64,000 nucleotides of DNA from Bugula neritina (Eukaryota > Animalia > Bryozoa), in assembly GCA_964035545.1 (NCBI GenBank), contig OZ037767.1:4294707-4358706 (forward strand). Direction: 5' to 3'. Under the pieces are notes generated by a model that was not told the origin of the DNA, made no database searches, and saw nothing but the letters and a program-made list of their open reading frames with translations. How positions within the stretch are numbered: position 1 is the first letter of the stretch; each line of letters begins with the position of its first letter. The translations under genes were made by a program, and so were the position numbers. This document shows, one piece after another, positions 53,097 through 64,000 of the stretch.

Positions 53097-56000
53097 TCAT
53101 AACGAGTTCATCACATGTTTCATACTCTCCCTTGCCTGCTTCATTTCTACAAAAGTAGCACATCATTTTGTTTACATGGACAGCACTAATAAACTGCCAT
53201 TCCATTGCTAAAACCAATTGCATCACAACATTCAAAGAAAATTATATATTATGGTAGAAAAGTAAATTAAAAATAGACCTGGGCAGAGAGCACACAAAAT
53301 AGCCTTAGGACCAGAACCCGTTACGTTGACCTTGACACAGTATACATACCATGTAGAAACACCTGGAACTTCCTCGCAGTTAAGGAGAAGCTAAGAGTCT
53401 GTGGAGAAAGATTGTCAGGGGAGTCGAGCACCAAACTTAGTTGTATTAGTGGTTCTTCCATAACCTGCATTACACCATAACACATCAACATATTTATCTT
53501 AAACATATAAAACTTATGGGTTTGCAGTCACTGTAAACCCTGAGAAAACCCTGAGATAAAGAGTTTTTTTAAAAAAACATGCTAAGGACTTATTCATATG
53601 TGGCACAGGAGCAATTGTGACTGGATGCTCTTCCTAACATCACCAATGACCTTTGTCTGGGCTTGAACCCATGACCTCGTGTTTACTAGGCAAACGCTCT
53701 AACCCCTAGACCACTGCTGCTTCCATATACTCCAACATATACTTCAACATAAATATCTATGATAGCATATACTCTAACATTATTATACCAATTATATGTC
53801 TATGTTAACATATAAATATATGTCAATTTATGTATATCTACATGTTGACATATATTATAACATATATATCTATGTCAACATATTCCTCTATAATATTGGA
53901 ACATGCTGAATATATTGTGTAGTACCACCATTAGGTGCAGTTTTCAACTCAAGATTCATAATCTCGATTTCACATTATTTGGGGTTTTATTTTTTAACAA
54001 CCTACATTTGATAAAGCCAAAGTTGAGCAATTTCTTATAAAAACATCTTAAAATAATTTTGATTTATGAACCATTTGTTTGTTTGAAAGCGACTGTTTTC
54101 CCTAAATTGGTCAGTACCAAATGTTATTTACTAATTCAATGTTTTATTGCTCGCCAGTCAAAATATGAAAGGAAGTTCCAATGTGAAGGTTTCTGGAGCA
54201 GATCTATTACAACGGAACAGCAATTGCAGGTATGAATGAACTCTGAATCTATTTATACTGAAACTGCTCAGGTAAAATCACACTAAATGTACACATAACA
54301 CATGAGCGATACTAGATTTGATATACAGTGAATATTATAGATAGATATTACATTAACCTGAGTGTTTGTAGGGTCTAGAACATGCTTCACTGTATAGCTA
54401 AGATCCTTTACTTGTGACACTACAACAGATAGATCACTGCAATGATTGTACGTGTAGACTAGACTGTAAGTATAAGTTGTTGTAAGATTATAGGAAAGTA
54501 AGTTACTGTCAACTCTACTTACATTTTAAACTTTTTAGTTTGAAAAATTCTTGCAGCTTTGTTGAGTTGTCTGCGAAGGTTTTGCACAGTGCAGTTGAAT
54601 GTTCTACAAAACATGCCAAGAATAGTACAAGTTACTATAGACTACATCTATAAATATAGTACACTAGCAGTAGAAAGATTTATAAATATATTACACTAAA
54701 AACATGCATATCAATAAATATATTATACTAGCAATACAAATATCTGCATATAGAATATTACATCATAAATATCAAAGCATATATTAATTTTCAAGGACTG
54801 TAAATCCACGATTAATTTAAACTTTAAAGAATACAAACTTCATCAACACTTAGCATAGCAAACCAGTACACATAGAGTCAGCATAGCCTTAGACAGTTAG
54901 TTTAACCTTGACCTATGACATTGCCACCATACCCTACCTTTAGGTAATCCAAGTTGCTGCAACTCGTCAAACAGGGGAGATGACTCAACGTTATATCTGG
55001 CAGCGCTGTTGAATATAAACTTGAGCACAGCAATGGCTGCCTTGACATCACTCGTGTCTGTAAGATGCACACGTCATAAACATTCATTTTGGTTACTCTC
55101 TGATATCTGTGGTAACAAAGACATGCACTCTGCCTTCCATACAATACACAAGGCTTCATCAAATGATTGCAAAGCAAATTATACATGTTTTTTTAAATTC
55201 AATATATTATTCTTTCAAAAAGTTTTGAAGTTATAAGTCTTTGCACAGACATAGTAAAAGTTAATAAACAAGATGAACATACCATATTTAGCATCTGAAG
55301 TGTACTTCTTCACCTTATCATACTGCAAATAAATTAATTGAAAATTATAAAGAAAATCATCTAAAATAGCAGATCCGTTCTTCTATCTACTTACTGACCA
55401 TTATATCCTACGTGATGGTAAAAATAACAATAGCAACTAACAGCAGTGGAATTCGTCATCTGGCTATTTGTATGAGTCAATATAGTGTCTCTCCACTCTA
55501 GTTAAAAGAGCTCATACACATAACATCATTACAAATACTATCAACCTATAAAGAGTTATCTGCTCATGAAAAAAAAGCCTCTTGTATTATAGAGTTGTCT
55601 GCCCAAAGACATAACTAACTATTTGTCAGCTTACATGTACATTGATTGAGTACGGACATGGAATCTAACAGTTTTAAACCCACAGCACGCATCATCTATA
55701 TTTTTGTATAGCTTTATAAGTTATCATATTAGCCTCAGAAATGTGTTAAGCTGCCAGAAACTGGTGTGAGAATAACTCCAATACTTTTAGGGAAGTTGTT
55801 ACTTTACTAAGCTGCAAACGGAGAGTTTAATATTGAAATACCACACTTACATCAAGTTCTTCACCCAGTAGGTTTTTGACTACCTGGGCACACAGCAGCT
55901 TCATCTTTATAGAAGACTAAAATATATAAGTGGCGCATGACATAAGTATATATTATTATCATTTTAGACCAGTTTCGTAAATAAAATCTGATATTCACAC

Positions 56001-56788
56001 CATAAAAGGATTGTTTTAATAACACAAACAATAATAGCATGTTGAAGGCATTTACAAAACCTGCAAATGATGAGATATCTTTCCAAAGATAAAATTAATG
56101 AAAATATTGAAATAAATGTGTGTGAAAAAAGTCAGATCTGGGTAACAGTCTACCGGTCTATTCATCAGACGTTGTGTCTCATTGGCTTGTAGAAGTAACT
56201 TACCATCTTAGCTAATATTGTTATCTCCGCCAGCACCCAGTCAGGGCAGTCTAAACCACCACAGAATCTGAATCTCTGAAGAAGAAGGAAGAAAACTTGG
56301 AGCATATTTCCAACATGTCAAAAATATTTCATAAGTCAAACTAATTGTCTCACAAAAGATGGGCATCTATAGACACACTAAACGGAGATTGAACAATCGA
56401 AAATACTCTATACTACCTACTGATAGCGATATAAGACTAAATTGACTCAAAGTGAAAGCATAAAAGCAAATAAAATTTAACTTAATGTAATTTGAGCCAA
56501 ATAACTCCGTAAGATAGAGTAACTTGTGCTAAGTAAGTGTTGAGCTCAGAAGTTCAGTGAGTTGAGACTCCGCCTACATACTAAGAGAGTGAAGTCTGGG
56601 TTTAATACACACTAAAGGCTAGTTATATTATTTGCATATGTATTGGAAGACGGTTAACTACAGGCAAAAATTGCTAAACTTTTATACTGCATTCATTCAC
56701 TATTCCTTCTAATAACAGTTCATTATAATGAAATCGACTTTGTGTTGAGTATTATATTATTAGTACACATTGGCTATTTGGCTACCAT
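53097..56788 (-). CDS. COMMD4: COMM domain-containing protein 4
   Basis: ATG-only first coding exon tentatively 56788-56786. Then 56275-56204 ([24 protein letters not shown]), 55916-55851 ([22 protein letters not shown]), 55322-55283, 55057-54938 ([19 protein letters not shown]...ELQQLGLPK), 54603-54523, 54419-54358, 53464-53350 and 53146-53097 ([16 protein letters not shown]). All phases are compatible and the protein matches recalled human COMMD4. Confidence 0.95.
53510..53724 (-). mobile_element. tRNA-derived SINE in a COMMD4 intron
   Basis: Reverse complement of the same consensus: ggcacaggagcaattgtgactggatgctcttcctaacatcaccaatg...ctctaacccctagaccactgctgcttcc. Confidence 0.82.
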
Positions 56789-57429
56789 AGTGATTAACTT
56801 GTCTTGGCCACCCTACTTTACGCTGTGCTTCTCATTCATTGATCTCTTCTTTGAATCTAAAGAAAATAATAAATCTTAACACATTGTCAATGCAAAGTAA
56901 ACTGTTCTAGAATACATCTTCAAAAATAACAACATTCAAACTAAAAAAGCGTTGTCGCAAAGTATGTGTATATCAATTATAGTACTACAAGACAAAAAAA
57001 TATCTAAGCTATACAAGAATGTACAACGTATTTGCTTATTAGATTAAGATAGTTGTTCACTCATTTGAGAAACCAAAATACAACAAATAACTTGACTAGT
57101 CTGACCAACTATTAGGACGCAAGAAAATTACATTCCCTTTTAGCATAATAATAAAGACAATGCGCAGTAAAAAAATATTAATTGCAACAAACTCTAGCAT
57201 ATAATAAATAAATGCAGTTACATAGCAATTTACTAATAATTACTGTCAAGTAATTGCAGATTATTTTTAATAACATTATGAAAGTAAATCAATTCAAAAG
57301 CAAGCTCATTATTAATTAGGCAGTCCAAAAAAAGCTAAATTGGACTGCACACCTTTTATAGACATTATTCAGTGTCTGAGTGTAACATGCATTTGCAGTT
57401 CTCAAGTTAAACTTGATCATAATGATAAC

Positions 57430-58080
57430 GTTGTACTTATAAACTTACTGTTACACTATAACTTAAACTATAAATATAACTATTACATTTACTTTTAGTG
57501 ATTTAAACTTACTATAAGTATTACTATTACTATTAGTATAACTTCTACTAATACTAATACTAATAGTAATACTTATAACTTATAAGTTATAACTATAAGT
57601 ATAAGTTATAAGGTATAGTAAGTCTAAATCACTAAAAGTAAATGCAGCAGTAAAATAAAGATGTAATACTTATAGTTATACTTGAAGTTAATCTTATAGT
57701 TCAACTATAAGTATAACTGCAAGTGTATAACTATAAGTATAACATTAACAATATCATTATGATTAAGTTCAACTCGAACAGCATAAGTATTAGTAGTACT
57801 ATTAGTATCACTGTTACCATTAGTATTATTAGTATAACTAATACTATTAGTTATACTAATAATACTAATAATAATAGTATAAGTATTACTATTAGTAATA
57901 GTAATACTTATACTATTATTATAGTTATACTTATAGTATTACTATGTCTATAGTATAACTATAACTATAAGTCATCAAGTGTAAGTATAAGTTATTAGTT
58001 AAACTTGAAGTATAACTTGTAAATTATACGTATACGTTTAAGTCATACTGATACTTATTGAGTAATAGTATTACAATAGT
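57430..58080. repeat. Low-complexity TATAAC/TATAAG/TAG repeat tract with an internal 31-bp inverted repeat
   Basis: Hexamer-derived repeats. CATTTACTTTTAGTGATTTAAACTTACTATA (57486-57516) pairs with 57614-57644 (1 mismatch). Confidence 0.8.
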
Positions 58081-59486
58081 TCTGGTATAAAATAAAAACA
58101 CAGTTTAAATTTATAGGGATAGCCACCACTATGATTAGTTGTAGGTTTAGTTCAGTTTCAGAAAATGTTTACTTTACATTTATATTGAATTTTATATCCT
58201 TGAAAATTGAATCACTTTTTTAACAGGCTCACATATATAGTTTTGTAGTAATTGTATACCTAACAATGGTTATATGATATGTAGTATGATAAAGAATGTA
58301 AGAAAAGATATTTTTGGGACTATAAAATAACCTTGACTTTCAACGCCCATTTTAACGAGTAGACAACCCGTAATTAGATTATAAACTTACTGAATGCTAC
58401 TATTGGGAAAAGCTTTTAATTGTGAGTATTTGTTATATAATTGATGTAAACTGCAAAATTTAACAGGCGCTCTTATATTATCATAATATTTCAGATTGCA
58501 TAGCTACTTGCTTATTTATAGCAGGAGCATAGCAATTTTTCAGAATGACTACAAACTCATGGCCTTTAAAATCTTAACATTTATTAGTTATTACCCTAAA
58601 ATTCCATTATGCATTTTTTTAATTTAAATTATGAACTGTGTCTTCTAGTTCTTTTTATATTATTTGTACTTTATCGAGTACCTGAGAATCATTGGCATGC
58701 TAGTGTAAGTCTTTGTAAAGATATGCTTTTACACTGTATGAAAACAAAATGCCCAAAAAAGTTGCAATTCAACCACACATGATGCACTTTTCCTTGCTGT
58801 TGCACATCTAATTTTCCTTCTATGCATAGACTTAACCAATTTTAGCTACCTTTTTAATGATATTAAGAAAAAGACCTTTAATTGAAATGTGTCTGGACTG
58901 TTTTATAAAATTAGTTGTCTTAAATCAAATATGAAATAATATATATTTGTATTGTACTTTTCCTATTAATTGCAGTAATACATAATTTTAATTACAAATG
59001 CAACCTTGATTTACACCTGTAGAGCTATAACCAAGATGTAGAAGCTATATATTACAACTACCTTGCAATACTTTAACCATGTGATTTCCCCCTCAAGTAA
59101 GTACTAACAGCCAGGAGAGTTCTATGTTACTTAAAGTATTCTACATGGTAGGCAGAAAATATAGCTATAGAAGTTGTCTTCTTTTTACCATATGTATTAA
59201 TTGTGAATGTATTAGCTTTAAACAAATATATTTCTTTTAATACAACAAAACCATATTTCCACATTAATTGTTAATTCATTTTAAAATATCAGTATCATCA
59301 AGCAAATGCAAGATTTTAAATTCAATACATCAAAATAATCATTTAATAACCAACTAACTAGGCAAGTAGCACATAGAGGTTATATTAGTGACTAGTAGGC
59401 AATATTATTCAGCCTGGCTTAAGATAGTAGCAAATGAGTTTGCAGTAAACACAACACAAAGATATATACAGCCATATGCTCAAGAA

Positions 59487-60073
59487 CTATATTCCATTCA
59501 TTAGCTTTGAAACAGTAATAGGGGGTAACTTCATTGGCTTTTTATATTTCTGGCATCCAGCGAATGCAGAAATTTGTGAGGGTAACCACCATACTTGTCG
59601 TCTTCTTAACCTTCTTTGTGATTGGTTGATTTGATTACCTGGGACGGATGTACTAGCATCTACTGAATTTACTAGTCTGTTGGAAAATTTGGAGTTGTTG
59701 GGCGAAATTCCAGGAAATGACTCAGTGGAATAATGGATCTTGTTGGCGGCTGGTGGTCGTACAGGTAACTCAACTACAGCTTTGAGCGGTTGTCTGGTGT
59801 TTCTAGTACCCTGAGTGGTAAATGTTCGCATGTACTTTCCAGTATGTATGTCGTACGCTAGCTTAGGGTCAACGAGGAGAGGGGAAGTGGAATAGTCACA
59901 TGGCTCTATGACCACTTCCTGGCTGTATGTATGGTGGTCTTGCAGAAACCTGATTATCTGTGAAAACTTGAACTTTGACTCATCATAGGCCTGATCTAAG
60001 AGCTGCAGAGATCTTGGTTTCACAGCCATGTCAAGGTCGTAAACATTCGTAGCTAGAGTCATCTCATTCAAAA
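59487..60073 (-). CDS. Uncharacterised protein (about 191 aa from ATG 60062, or terminal exon of a longer gene)
   Basis: Longest ORF in the window, GC-richer than its flanks, and immediately preceded by a strong acceptor (ctttctgttttag ending at 60074). No family recognised. Confidence 0.65.
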
Positions 60074-62524
60074 CTAAAACAGAAAGAAAATTATTAATAT
60101 GTAATATACTTTATTGGTAGGGAAAAAAAAGCAACTTTTTCCGCAAATATTTCAACATAAAGTGTACATATTTCCAATAAGTAGATAATAAGCAAACCCT
60201 TTTAAAATCAGCAATATTTAAACGTGGCAGTTTTACATGAGAGAGAAAACTCGATCTTGCATATTCAATTATAGTTCATTAAATCAAATAAATAACTAAA
60301 AGCAGCCATAGAATATTTATAACAAATATAATTGCTATACAGAGTTTCAGAAATACTGCATAAATAACATGTGAACTTGGTTCTCTCTTGTAACTCAACC
60401 TACTAATGCTAAGAACACCAAAAACATGCTATGAACTACTAGTCTAAGAATAGATGTTATTTGCAAACTAATATCAATTTGATGCTACAGCAAAACGGAA
60501 AACTTGCAGTTTATTTTTATTTGTAAAAAGAATATATTTCAAAGTTTAAAGTAGTTTCAAAGTTTGACTTTATAAAAAGTAATTTTGCTGGTGAAAAATA
60601 GATATGGTTATGATGTATTGTCTTAAAATTAATTGAATAGCTTTTACTCTATACTCTATAGTAACTAAGTTACCTTACCAGAAGAATCTAGAAATAAAAC
60701 CCGGAGTAAAATAGCTGTTTTACAGAAACGAAGTATACAGAACCTGATAGATATAAATTTCTACTGCCAATAGTTCTATGAACTCGCAATCAATACAACA
60801 TTTGCCAGATATACCCAGATTACCTCCCATAATCCCCTGCTAATTGTAAACGATTTAAAACCATAATTGAACTTTGTAAACTGCTTTCAATATTACTATT
60901 ACAATAAACTTTACAACATTTCTTACCTGTACCCGGGAGAAGTAGAAAATGTGAATAGATGGAATAAAGTGGAGTGTGGATGTAATAATGGTAGTGTCTA
61001 GCCACTTACAGTGATTATATACATGTACATGTTATTAACATGAAAATCTATGTTGAAAAGCACAATTATTATTGATATGAAGAATCAATAATTTGTGAAT
61101 AGCGAGCCTGCAGATCTACCGATTCCTTTATTACCTTTCTAATGTAGAAATATTCACAACCCTGTAGACCACAGATGGCTGCATCTCCATTGATTGATGT
61201 ATGGATTCGGCCAAGCTGTGACTTACATTTTAGAAAAACAAACCGCGTAATTAACATGTTCCTTTATTATTTGTAAACAGCCTTTATAATTGAAGACTAA
61301 TTATTTATAGATTTTCAATATCTTATAAATGGCTGGCACACTTAACCTGCATATGAAACAACTATGAAGAGTGGAAAGAGCATATTGTAGGCAATATACA
61401 CGACTAATTAAACTGTGATTGAACTCTAATTATATTTACTTACTCATAATTAAAATACGACAACAAAGAATTATATCAAAAGGTTTATTATAAAATATAA
61501 ATTATCTTTTGATAGAAAAATTAATTAGAAATTATTTTGATATCCATCAAGAAGAATCAACTGATTTAATCCACAGAATATATTTTTGGTGTCTCATACT
61601 GAATCTAACAGCGCCGATTACAAAGCAACACTATTGCAATCAAGGTGCCTTTGCTTTTGAAAAATGTAAAAATAGTTTAAAGCTGCTAAGTTTAAATCAC
61701 TATTAATAGATCTGTAAAGTGTGATGCAATAAACACTGTATAAACTATAATGTATAATTATAATATGTAGTGTAATATAATTCATATAGTGTGCAGTGTA
61801 ATTTATTGCATACAGTGTGAAGTATAATGTAGTGTATACACTATACAGTACAATGTAATGTATACACTATACAGTATAATGTAATGTATACAATGTGTAG
61901 TGTAATATATAAACTACACAGTGTAATATAATGTAACAGATTATAATAGCAGCCGACGATGCCATAACGGACTAAAATAATTGTTCAGACAATTCCCTCA
62001 GCTCTCATAATTTTATTTTTAATCATTTATTATAATTATGATTATACTTTACAATAATAAAGTAACAATTATACAGACTGTCATAGGAGAAGTGTGGAGG
62101 TCAAGAGACATTATAATCACTGATACTAGCTTTAAACTTTCCCTGCAGCCTAATAGTTGATTCACTTTTTTTCAACGACCCAATAATATTATTATTGTTT
62201 GACTTGAAGCTCCAACATTTGAATAATTTGATCACATGCTTCACCTGTACCCTACCAGATCTACACACAACACTGTGTAGCTATGAGGGGCTGCATAGAC
62301 CCACCCGTAACTCACCTGTTCTATGGAAAGAGAAAAGCTAAGAGTGAAATCCATCTATGAGTGGTTAACCCCAAAGAGTTTTAAATTATTTTTTTAAATT
62401 TTATATAATCTTATAACAACTTGACAACTGTTTCAGCAACAACCGCCAAAAGATTTAAGAATGTGGAAGTTCAGAGAGGTTTTCATGCTGCAGTTACCTG
62501 ATGAAACCTAACGAGTATAGACAA

Positions 62525-62745
62525 ACTATAGCTACCTATATACCATCTCCTAATAATATATCTCTGTTACTTATCTATACATTATCTACTAATGTTATAC
62601 CTGCCAGTATTATAGCTATCTATATATTATCTACCAACACAATATATGTTAATGTTACAGTTATCTATACGTCATCTACTAATGTAAATATGTTAGTTTT
62701 ACGGTTATCTATACATTATCTACTGACAGTTTCTATATATTACCT
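62525..62745. repeat. Degenerate minisatellite (tatctatacattatctactaat core) immediately 3' of the AAR2 stop
   Basis: Recurrent tatctata(c/t)attatctac units; this accounts for the spurious ORF 62501-62842. Confidence 0.7.
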
Positions 62746-62759
62746 CCTAAGAAAGAGAC

Positions 62760-62990
62760 TCAATAGTTGCCAAACTCATCTACCACGACAGGTTCGCAGT
62801 CTTCAGGTTCAAGGTCGAAATCCCAGCCAAAATGCTTCGTAAGATGATCGCTAAACTTCTGAGCTCTCGACTTTAACCCAGCACTGGCGGTACTCTCTGA
62901 TACGTTGGCAAAGAGGTTGTGTAGAGTAGTTGTAAGAAAGTTGTTACTAGATACGATATCAACAAAGAAGTCCTCGGGCAATTCTTTGAG
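62760..62990 (-). CDS. AAR2: AAR2 splicing factor (U5 snRNP assembly), last coding exon
   Basis: Acceptor ctatttttag, then LKELPEDFFVDIVSSNNFLTTTLHNLF...RAQKFSDHLTKHFGWDFDLEPEDCEPVVV...*. This matches the AAR2 C-terminus (PxDFFVDIVSxxNFL...KFxxHLTKxFxWDF..EPEDCxPVVV). Upstream exons were not identified in the window. Confidence 0.9.
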   Translation of the reverse strand, partial: LKELPEDFFVDIVSSNNFLTTTLHNLFANVSESTASAGLKSRAQKFSDHLTKHFGWDFDLEPEDCEPVVVDEFGNY

Positions 62991-64000
62991 CTAAAAATAG
63001 ATAGAAGTAAACAATACAATCTAAAATAGACAGCTGCATGACGAACGCACATAGGTTACTTCTTCTTTGGTCCATTTCAGTTTCCTAGAACAACACATGA
63101 CGCAAAGAGTCTGCTAATAAATAGAATAGCGTGATTTCAGTATATTACTGCGTTACCTGTTTACTGCGACCAATCAATAGTTATACTACATGATTAGGAA
63201 AGAGATAGCAATATAAGATGTTCACAGAACACTGTGGGAGGTGACATAGTGTACAGAGATAGTATCAGAGGTGTGAAGGGAGGAATCAGAAGTATTAATA
63301 AATATAACATATGAAGACCGCAAAGCTGATGTTTTACTATCAAATAGATGATTTATCATACAGGAAGCAGCGGCAGCATTGGCAGCATTGGCAGCATAAG
63401 TGGCAATTGAGAATCAAGGTGTATGCAAAAGCTTTGAAAGCAGAACATTATTGATTATTGGATATTTCAGAACTATTTATGTCACATTCAAGATCTTCTG
63501 CCACTTTTTCATATAATAGGAAATTTAGCAAATTCACCAGGCATAGAAATGCGAGTTGAAAAATAAATTTCATTATTCAGGGAGAGAAAACTGTCTCCTG
63601 AATGCAGAGAAAAAATTCAAATGATGAATATAGATTGATTCTGATCTTTCTACGTGCAAAATATATTTCCAGCTGTAAATATACTTCTACAGAATAAAAA
63701 ACGCATGGTTGGTTAAAATCAGTATGTATCCCAACCTGCACAGTAATAAAAAGCGTTAGGTAGACATTAAAAGGTTTCTGTGACTGGCCCATAAAACTAC
63801 ATTACAGCTATTACAACAATAGTATATAACAACACTGTTTTTGCCTAAATTAAAACAGCTTTGAATTACAAGTAGCAGAAGACTTGCTGATGGCAATTTT
63901 GCAACTAGTAGAAGGTTTGGATGTCCAAGTAATTCGACTCAACTTGACACCACAATATCATAAAGTATTACTCGAGGTGGCCAGATAATATAATTAATTT

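Noticed and set aside
57723-57953. Ile/Ser/Thr/Asn-rich ORFs (also 8735-8962, 47261-47491, 62501-62842)
   Set aside because: Artefacts of stop-poor simple repeats.
53097-62990. Operon or trans-splicing interpretation of co-oriented AAR2, orphan and COMMD4
   Set aside because: Intergenic gaps are about 2.6 kb, and acceptors before the ATGs are equally explained by 5'UTR introns.
63577-63792. Candidate upstream AAR2 exon
   Set aside because: The translation does not match the AAR2 sequence expected before LKELPEDFF.

Overview
AT-rich, intron-containing animal genomic DNA, probably from a protostome invertebrate (inferred from the two-repeat 7B2 C-terminus; species not determinable). The right third (39.7-63 kb) holds four minus-strand genes: neuroendocrine 7B2/SCG5 (coding exons reconstructed, one small exon uncertain), COMMD4 (8 coding exons), an orphan ORF of about 191 aa, and the last coding exon of AAR2. 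In the left 39 kb I recognise no conventional gene. It instead holds five dispersed paralogs of a two-exon microprotein gene (about 50-75 aa; orientation + + - - +) that I cannot assign to a known family. They share an N-terminal block MG[RK][LI]xANxEFYx[IM]xx[IW][TS]EE and a phase-0 intron. Four have a TATA box 99-108 nt before the ATG, three have a miR-2-family K-box in the predicted 3'UTR, and one has a bantam seed match. This cluster is the best candidate for an undescribed system. Repeats include a tRNA-derived SINE family, an internally deleted RTE retroposon, a MITE nested head-to-head inside its own sibling (1.55 kb palindrome), a small MITE and several mini/microsatellites. All gene models were read by eye from splice signals and recalled homology; no searches were run.
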